A DNA stretch of 64,000 nt from Squalus acanthias (lineage: Eukaryota), in assembly GCA_030390025.1 (NCBI GenBank), contig CM059433.1, positions 13,642,001-13,706,000 of the forward strand, read 5' to 3'. The notes under the pieces are model-generated. The model saw only the letters and a program-made list of their open reading frames with translations. It ran no database searches and had not been told where the DNA came from. Made by a program: the position numbers and the translations under genes. Shown here one piece after another: positions 23,733 to 36,503 of this stretch (the stretch's first letter is position 1; each line of letters opens with the position of its first letter).

Positions 23733-24624
23733 GGGGGAGAAATTCAGTATCGCCCCATTTGGGGGCAATTATCGGCCGGGCGCAAAGATTAGCGCCTGGC
23801 GCTAATTATCACCACCGACTGCAAACTTGACTTTTATCGCCCCTGGAGGTGATTGGAGCGCTAAATCAGGCGCTTCACACCTGTCTTAAGGCGCAAAGGC
23901 CGAGGAGCGAGGCGCTAACTCAGAGCGCTGGCGAAGCTCATGTGATGTCAGTCAGCAATGGAACACACACACAATGGCGCGGGCCAGTTCTTAAAGGGGA
24001 TGGTTGATCTTGCTTTCCATCCACATCCTGCTCATTGCAGCCTTGAATCTTGGCCTGGAGAGACCTGCACATCAAATCTGCTGGAAAGAACAATGCAGAG
24101 TACCAGGGAAAGAGCTCAGAGTGCAGCCCCCACAGACTCTTCTAAATCGATACAAGGAATGGCAGATCAAAATGAACCTGCAAAGTGCTGCTCAGTACCC
24201 AAAACTCCTTCACACAGCGTTGAATCTCTCCAGAAGTCTCTCTCTCTCTCTCTCAGAATTCGTGGTTTAAAAATGTCACCAACAATAAAAGGCAGGAAGC
24301 GGCCGCCTTTAAATAGCGCTCCCCCTTTCTCTTCCTGACTGCAAAACGCTCCCCTCAACCTGTCCTTGCTAGCGGCAGGTGGTAAGGCAGGGGGCGCCAC
24401 TCAATATCCGCTCCGGGGCGATACCGGGGCGTTGCGCACTCGAGTGACGTCACGATCTGCCGGCGCAGGAGATCGTGGTGGTAGTGTTTAGCGCCGCCGC
24501 AAAATGTCCAGTTAATTTCACGAGCGGCGCAAACAACGCCGCACCCGTGCGCTAGATGCTTTGCGTCCCATTAGCGCCCTCTTAAGGCGCTAACGGGAGG
24601 CGCAACCAACTGAATTTTTCCCCC
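23733..24624 (+). mobile_element. Harbinger-type MITE family A, copy 2 (892 bp)
   Basis: 16-bp TIR gggggagaaattcagt / actgaatttttccccc (1 mismatch), flanks TGA/TAA, interrupts CR1. Confidence 0.9.
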
Positions 24625-25039
24625 TAAACCTTTAAAAATCACTGGTTAGGCCCAACTAGAGTATTCTGTTCAATTCTGGGCACCACACTTTAGGAATGAT
24701 GTCAAGGCCTTAGAGAGGGTGCAGAGGAGATTTATTAGAATGGTACCACGAATGCCATTCCTCAGTTATATGGATAGACTGGAGAAGCTGGGGTTGTGCT
24801 CCTTAGAAAAGCAAAGGTTAAGGGGAGATTTGATAGAGGTGCTCAAAATCATGAAGGGTTTTGATAGAGTAAATGAGGAGGGTCAGTAACAGAGGGTCAG
24901 TAACCAAAGGACACAGATTTAAGTTAATTGGCAAAAGAACCAGACGTGAGATGAGGAGAAATTGTTTCATGCAGAGAGTTGTTGTGATCTGGAATGTACT
25001 GCCTAAAAGAAAGAAACACTTGCATTTATATAGTGCCTT

Positions 25040-28000
25040 TGGAGAGATGGTGCAGGTGGGAGGGCTTCAGATTCCTGGGGCATTGGGGCTGGTTCTGGGG
25101 GAGGTGGGGACCTGTACAGGCCGGACGGGTTGCACCTCAACAGAGCTGGCACCAATATCCTCATGGGGAGGTTTGCAAGTGTTATTGGGGAGGGTTTAAA
25201 CTAAGTTGGCAGGGGGATGGGCACCAGGATGTAGCATCAGAAAGGAGAAACAAAAGGCACAAAGGATTGGGAGAGATGGATAGCACTGAAGTAAGAAATA
25301 GTAAGGTATTAGGTGGGGTCAGACTAAGAGAGAACACAGGATGGTCTAAGAGAGGTTTACAGTGTATGTATGTGAACGCACGAAGCATAGTAAACAAGGT
25401 TGGTGAACTGCAGGCGCAAATAGCCACATGGAATATGATGTCGTGGCAATAATGGAGACCTGGCTCAAAAAAGGGCAGGATTGGGTACTAAATATTCCTG
25501 GATATAAGGTGTTCAAGAAAGATAGGGAAGGAAAGATAGGAGGTGGAGTGGCAGTATTGGTTAAGGAGAATATTACAGTCTGGAGAGAGAGGATGTCCTG
25601 GAGGGGTTAAGGACAGAATCTATATGGCTGGAGTTAAGAAATAATAGAGGTGCCATTACACTACTAGGTGTATTCTATAGGGCACCAACTAGTGGGAAAA
25701 ATATGGAGGAGCAAATATGCAGTGAAATTACAGAGAGATGCAAGAACTTTAAAGTAGTGATAATGGGGGACTTCAACTATCCTAACATAGACTGGGATTG
25801 TAATAGTGTAAAGGGCAGAGAGGGGGAAGAATTTCTGAAGTGTGTTCAGGAGAACTTTCTTGATCAGGATGTTTCTGGCCAAACAAGGAAGGAGGCATTG
25901 CTGGATCTGGTTCTGGGGAATGAGGTGGGTCAAGTAGAGCAAGTGTCAGTAGGGGAACATTTAGGGAACAGTGATCACAGTATCATAAGGTTTAGACTAG
26001 CTATGGAAAAGGACAGGGAACAATCTAGAGTAAAAATATTTAATTGGAGGAAGGCCAATTTCAGTGGGATGAGAATGGATCTGGCCCGGGTAAATTGGAA
26101 TCAAAGATTGGCAGGCAAAACTGTAATGGAACAATGGGCTGCCTTTAAAAAGGAAATAGTTTGGGTGCAGTCGACATACATTCCTACTAGGGAGAACTGT
26201 AGGGCAACTAAAGTTGGAACTCCCTGGATGACGAAAGAGTTAGAGAGTAAGATGAAGCAGAAAAAGAGCGCTGTATGACAGATGTCAGGTTGAGAATACA
26301 TCTGAGAATCAGGCTAAATATAGAAGGTTCAGAGGAGAAGTGAAAAAGAAAATAGGAGCAAAGAGAGGGTATGAGAATAGAATGGCAGCTAACATAAAAG
26401 GTAATCCAAAAGTCTTCTATAAGTATATAAATAGTAAACGAGTAGTAAGAGGAGGGGTGGGGCCGATTAGGGACCAAAAAGGAAACCTACGCATGGAGGC
26501 AGAGCGCATGGCTGAGGTGTTAAATGAGTACTTTGCATCTGTCTTCACCAAGGAAGAAGATGCTGCCATAGACATAGTGAAGGAGGAGGTAGAGAAGATA
26601 CTGGATGGGATAAAAATTGATAAAGAGAAGGTTGGCTGTACTTAAAGTAGATAAGTCATGAGGACCAGATGCGATGCATCCTAGGACGCTGAGGGAAGTG
26701 AAGGAAGAAATCTTCCGTTCCTCCTTAGAAATGGGGATGGTGCCAGAGGACTGGAGAATTGCAAATGTTACACCCTTGTTCAAAAAAGGATGTGAAGATA
26801 AACCCAGCAACTACAGGCCAGTCGACATAACCTCGGTAATGGGGAAGCTTTCAGAAACAATAATCAGGGACAAAATAAACAGTCACTTGGACAAGTGTGG
26901 ATTAATTAAGGAAAGCCAGCACAGATTTGTTAAAGGCAAATCGTGTTTAACCAACTTGATCGAGTTTTTGATGAGTTAACAGAGAGGGTTGATGAGGGCA
27001 ATACAGTTGACGTGGTGTACATGGATTTCCAAAAGGCGTTCGACAAAGTGCCACATAATAGGCTTGCCAGCAAAGTTGAAGCCCATGGAATAAAAGGGAC
27101 AGTGGCAGCATTGATACGAAATTGGCTAAGTGACAGGAAACGGAGAGTAGTGGTGAACGGTTGTTTTTCGGACTGGAGGAAGGTATACAGTGGTGTTCCC
27201 CAGGGGTCGGTTCTTGGACCACTGCGTTTCTTGATATATGTTAATGACTTGGATGTGGGTATACAGGGCACAATTTCAAAATTTGCAGATGATACAAAAC
27301 TTGGAAGTATAGTGAACAGTGAGGAGGATAGTGATAGACTTCAAGAGGACATAGGCAGGCTGGTGGAATGGGTGGACATGTGGCAGATGAAATTTAATGC
27401 AGAAAAGTGTGAAGTGATACATTTTGGTAGAAAGAATGAGGAGAGGAATTATAAACTAAAGGGTACAATTCTAAAGGGGGTGCATGAACAGAGAGACCTA
27501 GGGGTATATGTACACAAATCGTTGAAGGTGGCAGGGCAGGTTGAGAAAGCAGTTAAAAAAGTTTACGGGATCCTGTGCTTCATGAATAGAGGTATGGAGT
27601 ACAAAAGCGTGGAAATTATGATGAACCTGTATAAAACACTGGTTCGGCCCCAACTGGAATATTGTGTCCAATTCTGGGCACCGCACATTAGGAAGGATGT
27701 GAAGGCCTTAGAGAGGGTACAGAAAAGATTTACGAGAATGATTCTTGTATGAGGGACTTCAGTTACGTGGATAGACTGGAGAAGCTGGGGTTGTTCTCCT
27801 TAGAGCAGAGAAGTTTGAGAGGAGATTTGATAGAGGTGTTCAAAATCATGAGGGGTCTAGACAGAGTAGATAGAGAGAAACTGTTCCCATTGGCGGAAGG
27901 GTCGAGAACCAGAGGACACAGATTTAGGGTGATTGGCAAAAGAACCAAAGGCAACATGAGGAAAAACCTTTTTACGCAGCGAGTGGTTAGGATCTGGAAT

Positions 28001-28210
28001 GCATTGCCTGACAGAGTGGTGGAGGCAGATTCAATCACAGCTTTCAAAAGGGAGTTGGATAAGTACCTGAAGGAAAAAAAATTGCAGGGCTACGGGGAAA
28101 GGGCGGGGGAGTGGGACTAGCTGAAGTGCTCTTGCAGAGAGCCGGCATGGGCTCGACGGGCCGAATGGCCTTCTTCCGTGCTGTAACCATTCTATGATTC
28201 TATTCTACGA
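25040..28210 (+). mobile_element. Long CR1 LINE: ORF1 3' end, endonuclease, RT and 3'UTR (frameshifted)
   Basis: ORF1 RWCRWEGFRFLGHW..GLN; ORF2 CMYVNARSIVNK, MGDFNYP, SDH, DFQKAFDKVPH, FADDTK; (TTCTATGA)-like tail. Confidence 0.95.
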
Positions 28211-29579
28211 TTTTTCACGACCACCGGACGTCCCAAAGCGCTTTACAGCCAATGAGATACTTTTGAAGTGTAGTCACTGATGCAATGTGGGAAATGGTGA
28301 TGAAAGCAGGTTCAATAATAACTTTCAAAATGGAATTGGATAAATATTTGAAAGGGAATAATTTGCAGGGCTATGGGGAAAGGGCAGGGAAATTGGAATA
28401 ATTGGATAGCTCTTTCAAGGAGTCGGCACAGGCAAGTTGGGCCGAATGACCTCCTTCTGTGCCGTGTCAGTCTATGATTTTATGATTAGCATATATTCAG
28501 GAGACTCCCGCCTGTGTCCGGTGGGAGCTCCGATCGGCACCATCCATAAATCGGAATGGGTAGGACCTCGGCGGAAGTTGGCACTTTGACTATACCCATT
28601 GGGCAGTATTTTCCGATGCCTACGGGTGTGTAAGAGCTGTGTACACACCCGTAGGGACATCAGAAATGCCGGTTTCAGGCTGCGCTGAAAACTGGCATTT
28701 CCGATCTGTCAAGAATGCTCTTGACGGATCGGACGCCTGCCCTGGAGAAGGGCCTCTGCGGGGGGAGAGTTCCGCTTTCTGCAGAACCTCCGCCCGCAGA
28801 AAACCCTTAGAAATCTTACGCCTGGTAAAATTGCAGGGCTACGGGGAAAGGGCGGGGGAGTGGGACTAGCTGAAGTGCTCTTGCAGAGAGCCGGCATGGG
28901 CTCGACGGGCCGAATGGCCTTCTTCCGTGCTGTAACCATTCTATGATTCTATTCTACGATTTTTCACGACCACCGGACGTCCCAAAGCGCTTTACAGCCA
29001 ATGAGATACTTTTGAAGTGTAGTCACTGATGCAATGTGGGAAATGGTGATGAAAGCAGGTTCAATAATAACTTTCAAAATGGAATTGGATAAATATTTGA
29101 AAGGGAATAATTTGCAGGGCTATGGGGAAAGGGCAGGGAAATTGGAATAATTGGATAGCTCTTTCAAGGAGTCGGCACAGGCAAGTTGGGCCGAATGACC
29201 TCCTTCTGTGCCGTGTCAGTCTATGATTTTATGATTAGCATATATTCAGGAGACTCCCGCCTGTGTCCGGTGGGAGCTCCGATCGGCACCATCCATAAAT
29301 CGGAATGGGTAGGACCTCGGCGGAAGTTGGCACTTTGACTATACCCATTGGGCAGTATTTTCCGATGCCTACGGGTGTGTAAGAGCTGTGTACACACCCG
29401 TAGGGACATCAGAAATGCCGGTTTCAGGCTGCGCTGAAAACTGGCATTTCCGATCTGTCAAGAATGCTCTTGACGGATCGGACGCCTGCCCTGGAGAAGG
29501 GCCTCTGCGGGGGGAGAGTTCCGCTTTCTGCAGAACCTCCGCCCGCAGAAAACCCTTAGAAATCTTACGCCTGGTAAAA
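28078..29579 (+). repeat. Direct tandem duplication, 2 x 749 bp
   Basis: 28078-28826 matches 28827-29575. Identical ORF translations are offset by exactly 749 (28472/29221); AAAA at all junctions. Confidence 0.95.
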
Positions 29580-30097
29580 GCAGGTGTAAGGCCTGCTTTT
29601 ACCAGGATAAGAGTTGAAAAAAAAGTTAAAAAAAATGTTTTTTCACTCATTTATCATTTAAAAATACTTTTAAAAAAGGTAAGTTTATTTTTAGCCCCGT
29701 AAAACACTTCAATTATTATTTTCAAAAAATTACATTTTTGTTTAAAATATTTAATTTATTGTAATTTGAATTCATTTTTAAAAAGTGATGTTTTTTCAAA
29801 TTTATTTAATGTTTTACAATGTTTTTGGGGTGATCTCCATTCATATATTTGACAGGTCTATCTGTCAAGTGTATGAAGGGAGAATCCCTTCTCCTATTGG
29901 CTCCCCATGGCCCACGTGATCCCAGGGACGCTTGCGAACCGCCTGCGCCTCTGGGATACGTGGGCCCTGCGCATTTCGAGTTGGAGAGGCCCAGGGTCGG
30001 AAATGGCCGGACCTCGGGAGCCCTCAGGTAAGTTCATAGATTTTTCCAGATCAGAGGCCTCCGCACGCAGGAAGCCTCCGATCGGAAAATACGGCCC
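29350..30097 (+). mobile_element. Harbinger-type MITE family B, copy 2 (748 bp); its 5' part is duplicated at 28601-28830
   Basis: TIR gggcagtattttccgat / atcggaaaatacggccc, TSD ATT. Confidence 0.9.
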
Positions 30098-30477
30098 ATT
30101 ATTTTGGTTTTGCTACCACCCCGATTTTAAGGGCAAATAAAGTCGTAGAGACACAAAAATCACCCCCACACAAGTTTATGTTCCAACTGAGATTTTCCCA
30201 CATAAATGGCTCATGCATTCATACCAATTTCCTCTGCGTGCTTTTTTAAAACCCATTTTACCCATTTAACATAAACAGGCGAATGCCTGCAATAAACAAA
30301 GCACATTGAATAATTTAGTTTGAATTTGTATTGGAATAGTGCCAGTTGAAAAATAAGCTCCTCTGCTGCATTTTAGGTTACTAATTGGCTGCTGATTAGT
30401 TGCTGAGTGGACTTAAAAACACAGACATAAATATTAATCATATTTGCAGGTTGCAACTGCTCGGGGGTTCCACTTAC

Positions 30478-30648
30478 CAGGAAGTCCGTGGTCACGCCCT
30501 CGTTGCAGGTTTAGCGATGCCAGATCCAGTGCGACAGCATTTGTCAGAGCAAATAGTTTCTCTGTCAGTTCTTCAATCATCATTTGATCCGATGTTTGCA
30601 GTTTTGCTGGCTTTGCCAGAAGCCCTCTGAACAAGGGGTCTAAGCCAC
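30478..30648 (-). CDS. TPO: Thyroid peroxidase coding exon (exon 10 equivalent), 171 bp
   Basis: ggtAG / GTaagt. Encodes [18 protein letters not shown]...[17 protein letters not shown]. Confidence 0.96.
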
Positions 30649-30745
30649 CTACCAATCACAATGGAAATATTGCGTTAGTGCGCAGCCTGTTAGAAGCACG
30701 ACGTGTGACTGTGTTCGGCCTGATATCACCATCTCAGATATTCAC

Positions 30746-31004
30746 CTTCTTTAATGATTCTCCAAGGACTGAAAAAGGTCTTGTGCAGATTTATGTTCGG
30801 GTACATGGGATGCTCTTTGTAATTTTTGTCAAGTCTTTGTATCTTCGGGCTAATAGTCGCATGCCCGAAACGGAAAGCTGCGGTTGCGAACACATTGGAC
30901 AACGCGGGATTCAACGTTTCATCATATCCATCATATGTTCCAATCAGCTGATCAAAAGCTTGGGAACCAAGGATTTTAGGAACGTAGTCTCTCATTGTAA
31001 TAAT
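30746..31004 (-). CDS. TPO: Thyroid peroxidase coding exon (exon 9 equivalent), 259 bp, with proximal His
   Basis: ttgtAG / GTgaat. Encodes IITMRDYVPKILG...NVFATAAFRFGHATISP...FFSPWRIIKE. Size matches human exon 9. Confidence 0.97.
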
Positions 31005-31344
31005 CTACAACAAATACAGTAAAACCATCCCGTGAGTAACTAATGGAGGAAATGATGTAACTAGATAGAGTCCTATGCATCATTCTTGAATCAGAAAGGT
31101 TAAAAACGTTACCCCAGGAAGGACTTTTTATTACTGGACATGTCAATGTAAATATTGCACTTGTCACTGGCCAGTGAGCTTTCAAATACTTCACAGCAGC
31201 TGGTAATGACAGAGCCTTTGAAGCTCCATTGAAATGTTTTCAACAACAGGAATAGTCAGCTCCAAAACCATTACTGGGGCTTTGTCATGTTGGCTACCAA
31301 GATGGGTTCATACTGTTGCAGCATACAGGTCTTCAGTGTATACG

Positions 31345-31520
31345 TCTTTGATCATTTATCTCACTGCTGTTTGTGGGATCTTGCTGTGCGCAAACTGGCT
31401 GCCGCGTTTCCGTACACGACAACGGTACTCCCCATTTCAAGAAGTACTTCATTCGCTGTGAAGCCCTTTGGGACTTCCTGAGGTGCTATGTACATGCCGG
31501 ATCTTTCCTTCTTTCTTTCC
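31345..31520 (+). mobile_element. Deu-domain SINE fragment (SacSINE1/AmnSINE1-like)
   Basis: gggatcttgctgtgcgcaaactggctgccgcgtttcc...aagtacttcattcgctgtgaagccctttgggac; family assignment recalled from consensus, not searched. Confidence 0.7.
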
Positions 31521-32752
31521 AGGCTAGGATTGGGAGCATCTGCAGTCTCAACCAATTTGCTTGACTGCTGCTAGCTGTTCCACTCCAGTGGTGGAGGCTG
31601 GCTGGATCTCGACCTGCAGTAAATGGCACTGCTCTATAACTAGCTCTCTGATGAACCTAAGCCTGCAGAGGCAGTTTCCTCTGTTATTGTGAGGTATGTG
31701 TTCCAGGTCTTTAGATACGTTTGGGGACATAATGGTGTGAATGAACAGTTGCCCTGGTACTAGCTGATCTCCTTGGCATTGCTGCTTTGACGTCCTTTGT
31801 TCTCTTGCATGAAATCTGTGAAATCTTTGAAAAAGCAATTCATATATCTTTCAATGGAATGGTTGAAAAAAAAATCACTATGCACCTTTAAGAGGGCCCT
31901 TCCTGACCTTTCCTGCTCTTTTCCCAGCTTTTAAATGGGGGAAACTAGTGTTAAGTGAGAACAGGGTGGGATATGAGGGCTGCATCATTAAGCCCACACC
32001 TGAATAGTATTTTGTGATGTAGTAAAGCTCTTATACATTCTATGTAAATGTTTCATTTTTTATGTCATACATTAGATATTTCTCTGGATTCAGCATCATT
32101 GACTACTCCTGTGAGTGGACCTCACATCCTCTATGTCCCGGAGTGCACCTTTACCCCCCAAAATCTAGATAAATGTAGTGAGACCCAAGCGCTGAACAGA
32201 AAGCCGTTGTTACTGTACTCTAGCTTACTGGAATCTATCACGTGCTGCCATGTGATCTCCTTGTCTTTGGTAGAGTATACCTTCTATCAGATCACAGCTG
32301 AGGTATAAACCAACATTATATTAAACAGGTAAATGCACAATATTCAGTAAATTTATAGTAATCACAAACTTTATTAATCCCTTCAAAATGTCAAAAAACA
32401 ACAAAGCTGCTTCTTCTGCACTGTCAGCATTGAATTGAACCTCACAACATGGTTCCTTTACGTTTTACTTGACTATATGCTATCGCAGAGTCACTGGCCC
32501 ACCGCTTTCTGTCCTGGCTGCAAAACAGCAAATGAAAAGCTTCAAATCTTTTTGACAACATCCTAGAACCAGAGGAATTAAAAATAGTATTGCTGTAATT
32601 GAATGGAATGGCTTGACTCCTGCACCCTGTCCCGCACAATGCCCATTTGCCCATCATCCCCCCTTGCCATTGGCCTACACTGGCTCCCTGTTCCCCAATG
32701 TTTTCAAATCTCTCCATGGCCTTGCACCTCCCTATCTAGTCATAGAGTCATA

Positions 32753-33599
32753 GGGCTGGATTTTCAATGACCCGTGGAGTCGGGTTTGGAGGCGGGGGGG
32801 GGGGGGTTAAAGTTGCAGATTCGGGGGTCCCGACCCCATCCCGACTCCAACCCGCCTCCATGCCAGTTTCTGTGGCGGCGGGTACCCGACCTGTTCTGAG
32901 ACCCGACTCCTCGAGGCGGGAAGGGATTAGTGACAATTAACTGCCTGTTAACAGGTAGTTAACAGGCAGTTTTTTGCATAATCCCTATTTTAAAAAGAAA
33001 AGTGTGGGCTTCCCGACAGGTGGCAACCACGCCAAGTAATCGGGGCGGGCCGTGGGTCTGCAGGGGTTGGAGGGGTCGATATGTCTGGTGGGCAGGTGAG
33101 TGATGGGTGCATGTGTGCAGAGGTAAATGTGTAAGGTAAGTGCTAAGTGTTAGAAAAAGTTTTACTTACCTTAACTTCCTCCTGCAGGTGTCAGCCCTTC
33201 AGTTCTCGGGAGTTAGAAATCTCACCAGCACAGAAAGCAGGAAAGCCGTGGTTCTGTCAGAAACTGCAGCCTTCTGTTTTCTGTGCTGGAATGATTTCTA
33301 ACTCAGCCTGAAAGGAAGGACTGAAGTTAGAAATCATATTGTCAGTGTTTGACAGCTTCACAGAGCTGTCAAATGCTGATATTTCATCTGTCAAAAGCTC
33401 TTGACAGATGAAATGTCAGTCTGTGACGTCACCTGTTGCCGGGTGGCCCTTAATTGACCTGCTGAGCCCACTGGGTGGGCTCAACAAGGTCAATCAAGGG
33501 AAAATACAGTGGGTTGGCCACATCTCGATGGAGGCGGGTTCACCAGCCAGAATGTGTGATTCCCGACCCCAACCCGATTCCAACTTCAAAATCCAGCCC
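32753..33599. mobile_element. Harbinger-type MITE family C (847 bp)
   Basis: 12-bp perfect TIR gggctggatttt / aaaatccagccc, TSD ATA, inside a CR1 tail. Confidence 0.88.
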
Positions 33600-34648
33600 A
33601 TAGAGTTATACAGCACAGAAAGAGGCCCTTCAGCCCATCGTGTCTGCGCCAGCCATCAGGCCCTATCTATTCTAATCCCATTTTCCAGCACTTGGTCCGT
33701 AGTCTTGTATGCTATGGCGTTTCAAGTGCTCATCTAAATGCTTCTTGAATGTTGTGAGGGTTCCTGCCTCTACCACCCTTTCAGGCAGTGAGTTCCAGAT
33801 TCCAACCATCCTCTGGGTGAAAAAGTTTTTCCTCAAATCTCCTCTAAACCTCCTGCCCCTTACCTTGAAACTATGCCCCCTGGTTATTGACCCCTCTACT
33901 AAGGGGAAAAGTTCCTTTCTATCTACCCTATCTATGCCCTTCATAATTTTGTACACCTCAATCAGGTCCCCCCTCAGCCTTCTCTGCTCTAAGGAAAACA
34001 ACCCCAGCCTGTCCAGTCTCTCTTCATAGCTGAAACGCTCCAGCCCAGGTAACATCCTGGTGAATCTCCTCTGCACCCTCTCCAATACAATCACATCCTT
34101 CCTATAGTGTGGTGACCAGAACTGCACACAGTATTCCAGCTGTTTTGTACAGCTCCATCATAACCTCCCTGCTCTTATATTCTATGCCTCGGCTAATGAA
34201 GGCAAGTATCCCATATGCCTTCTTAACCACCTTATCTACCTGTCCTGCTGCCTTCAGGGATCTATGTACATGCACACCAATGTCCCTCTGATCCTCTGTC
34301 CTTCGTAGGGTCCTACCATTCATTGTGTATTCCCTTGCCTTGTTAGTCCTCCCAAAATGCATCACCTCACACTTTTCAGGGTTAAATTCCATTTGCCACT
34401 GTTCTGCCCAACCCGTCTATATTGTCCTGTAGCCTGAGGCTTCCATCCTTGCTAGTTACCACTCCACCAATTTTCGTGTCATCTGCGAACTTACTGATCA
34501 TACCTCCTACATTCATATCTAAATCATTAATGTACACTACAAACAGCAAGGGACCCAGCACCGATCCCTGCGGTACACCACTGGACACAGGCTTCCAGTC
34601 ACAAAAACAACCTACGATCATTACCCTCTGCCTCCTGCCACTAAGCAC
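33600..34648 (-). mobile_element. CR1 LINE 3' portion, itself splitting an old L2 relic (about 32600-32738 and 34648-34965)
   Basis: ORFs 33672..34127, 34102..34392 and 34382..34684 (GVPQGSVLGPLLF, KFADDTK). Confidence 0.93.
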
Positions 34649-35095
34649 CTCTGCAACCTCCTGCAGCCCTAGATCCTCTCCCACATTGTTTGGTTCTCTG
34701 ACTCTGGCCTCCTCTGAAACCTACCTTCCCTTCACCCCACCACTGCTATCAGAGCTTTCAGTTGCCTCAGCCCTAATCTTTGAACTGCCCTCCTAAACCC
34801 TCCACCTCTCTATTTCTCTTTCCTTATTTAACAACCATTTCGACTTAGCCTTTAGCTGTCATTTCAAACTTCTCTCCAATGGCACAGCATCTGTTCCCCT
34901 TATTATTTCTCTGCCAAGTGTCTTGGGACATTAAAGGCATAGTATAAATGCAAATTGTTGTTAAGAAACCCACTGATCTGTTTTTGAACACTTTCCAACC
35001 CTGTTACTTTTGCATTTGTGTCCTCTTCAGTCAGGTTGAAGGTTACTGCTTGTAATCAGCTCCTTTGAAACAGCTTTTCTTTATTTTGAATTTCA

Positions 35096-35286
35096 TGGGG
35101 TAGATTTTCAGCTTGTCTGCCGGGTGTAGAACTGGCACTGCAGATCGACCGTCCGTTATAGAAACTGCCTGTTTTTTCATTTTTATTGATTTCAATGGAA
35201 ATTAAAATTGGGCGGTCTCTCTAATGAGCGGCCGATCCACAATACCAGTTCTTCGCTCGGGCGACAAGCGGAAAATCTAGATCCAT
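35096..35286. mobile_element. Short palindromic MITE (about 190 bp)
   Basis: Arms tagattttcagcttgtc / gacaagcggaaaatcta with further imperfect inverted symmetry around ttgatttcaatgg; similar element near 21575-21750. Confidence 0.65.
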
Positions 35287-36503
35287 GTCTCTGGTTATTT
35301 ATTGCAACATATGGCTGAAAAGCAGAACTTTATTGTAAAGGAAGGGAATGCCAGAAATCCTTAATGGAAAAATAACTATTTCTAATTGCTACAATCCGAA
35401 CCTGAATAGATTTAATGGAATAATTGTATTAATTACAATTTTAATTAATATAAAATTAATTAAACTGGTGGCTTTTGGTAATTACTTACCAACTCCAAAT
35501 CGGCAGGTCCTAACTAGCTAAATAAACTAGGACAGCAAAGGACATTTGTTTGATTATTCAGTCGCAAATATTTAAATAATCAAGATTCCTTTAACACCAG
35601 TGCATTGATCATATAAGGGAAAACCAACAGCAGTATAAAATTAACTTTGCATCCTTTTTCCTCAAATGGAATAGTGACGGAAATACAATGATAGCCCTTG
35701 GGATTAGTCAGATTTGGAAAAATCAGGATTTTAGAATGCAAAAAGCTGAAGACAAAATGGAACGCTCTGCATACCTCTGATTGGCACGTGGCAAATGCAA
35801 AAGGCAATAGGGATGAAAATCCAGGATCTCGTTGCACCGCCATAACGATGGCAGAGCAGGACTTCCCCTGCCCTGACCACTGACGTGCCTGACTCTGTTG
35901 GAGTCTGGGAGCTCAGGCAATTACAATAAAGTGGGTAGGCATCCTCGGCAGTATCAGTTGAGCTGAGGTGCCGGCAAACGGGTTGCAAATTGCTGCATTA
36001 TCAGCCACTGCGCCTGAGTGTCAGCAAGCCTGGCTGCAGAACCTTTGGGGGAGAAGCGTTGCGTCTCTTTCTAAGAAGGCCACTTTTCCTAGGCTTTGCG
36101 ACTGGCTGCTGTTAAGAAGGTGGCCTTTACTTGGTGGACCCCACTGCCACTACCTACTGTATATCTACTTCAGGCAGACATTCAGTACGCTCGGGTCACT
36201 AGAGACGAGAGTGAATAGAACTCTGGTGGGTGATATCATCCCGCCAGTGCCACCTCTTTTTTTGACGTCAGATTCAAAGGGGGCTGACGGAGAATCCGGT
36301 CACCCTATTTCCACCTGAAACCCCAGTGCTGCCCAAACGAGGTGGAATTCCAGCATCACTGGGTCCTATCCAATATCTGCCCTGTTCACTTAGATTGCAC
36401 CCTGAATCTGCCTTAAACATTGTAGAATTTTTGGGGCCAATATCTTCCATGCACTGTTCCTGTAATGACCTTTGAGCAATGTAGAAATAGTGAACCAACT
36501 AAC

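Larger units (their letters stand above)
22435..25005 (+). mobile_element. Degraded CR1 LINE interrupted by an L2 fragment and a MITE
   Basis: RT motifs (MDFQKVFDKVP, SKFADDTK) resume colinearly after each insertion. Confidence 0.88.
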
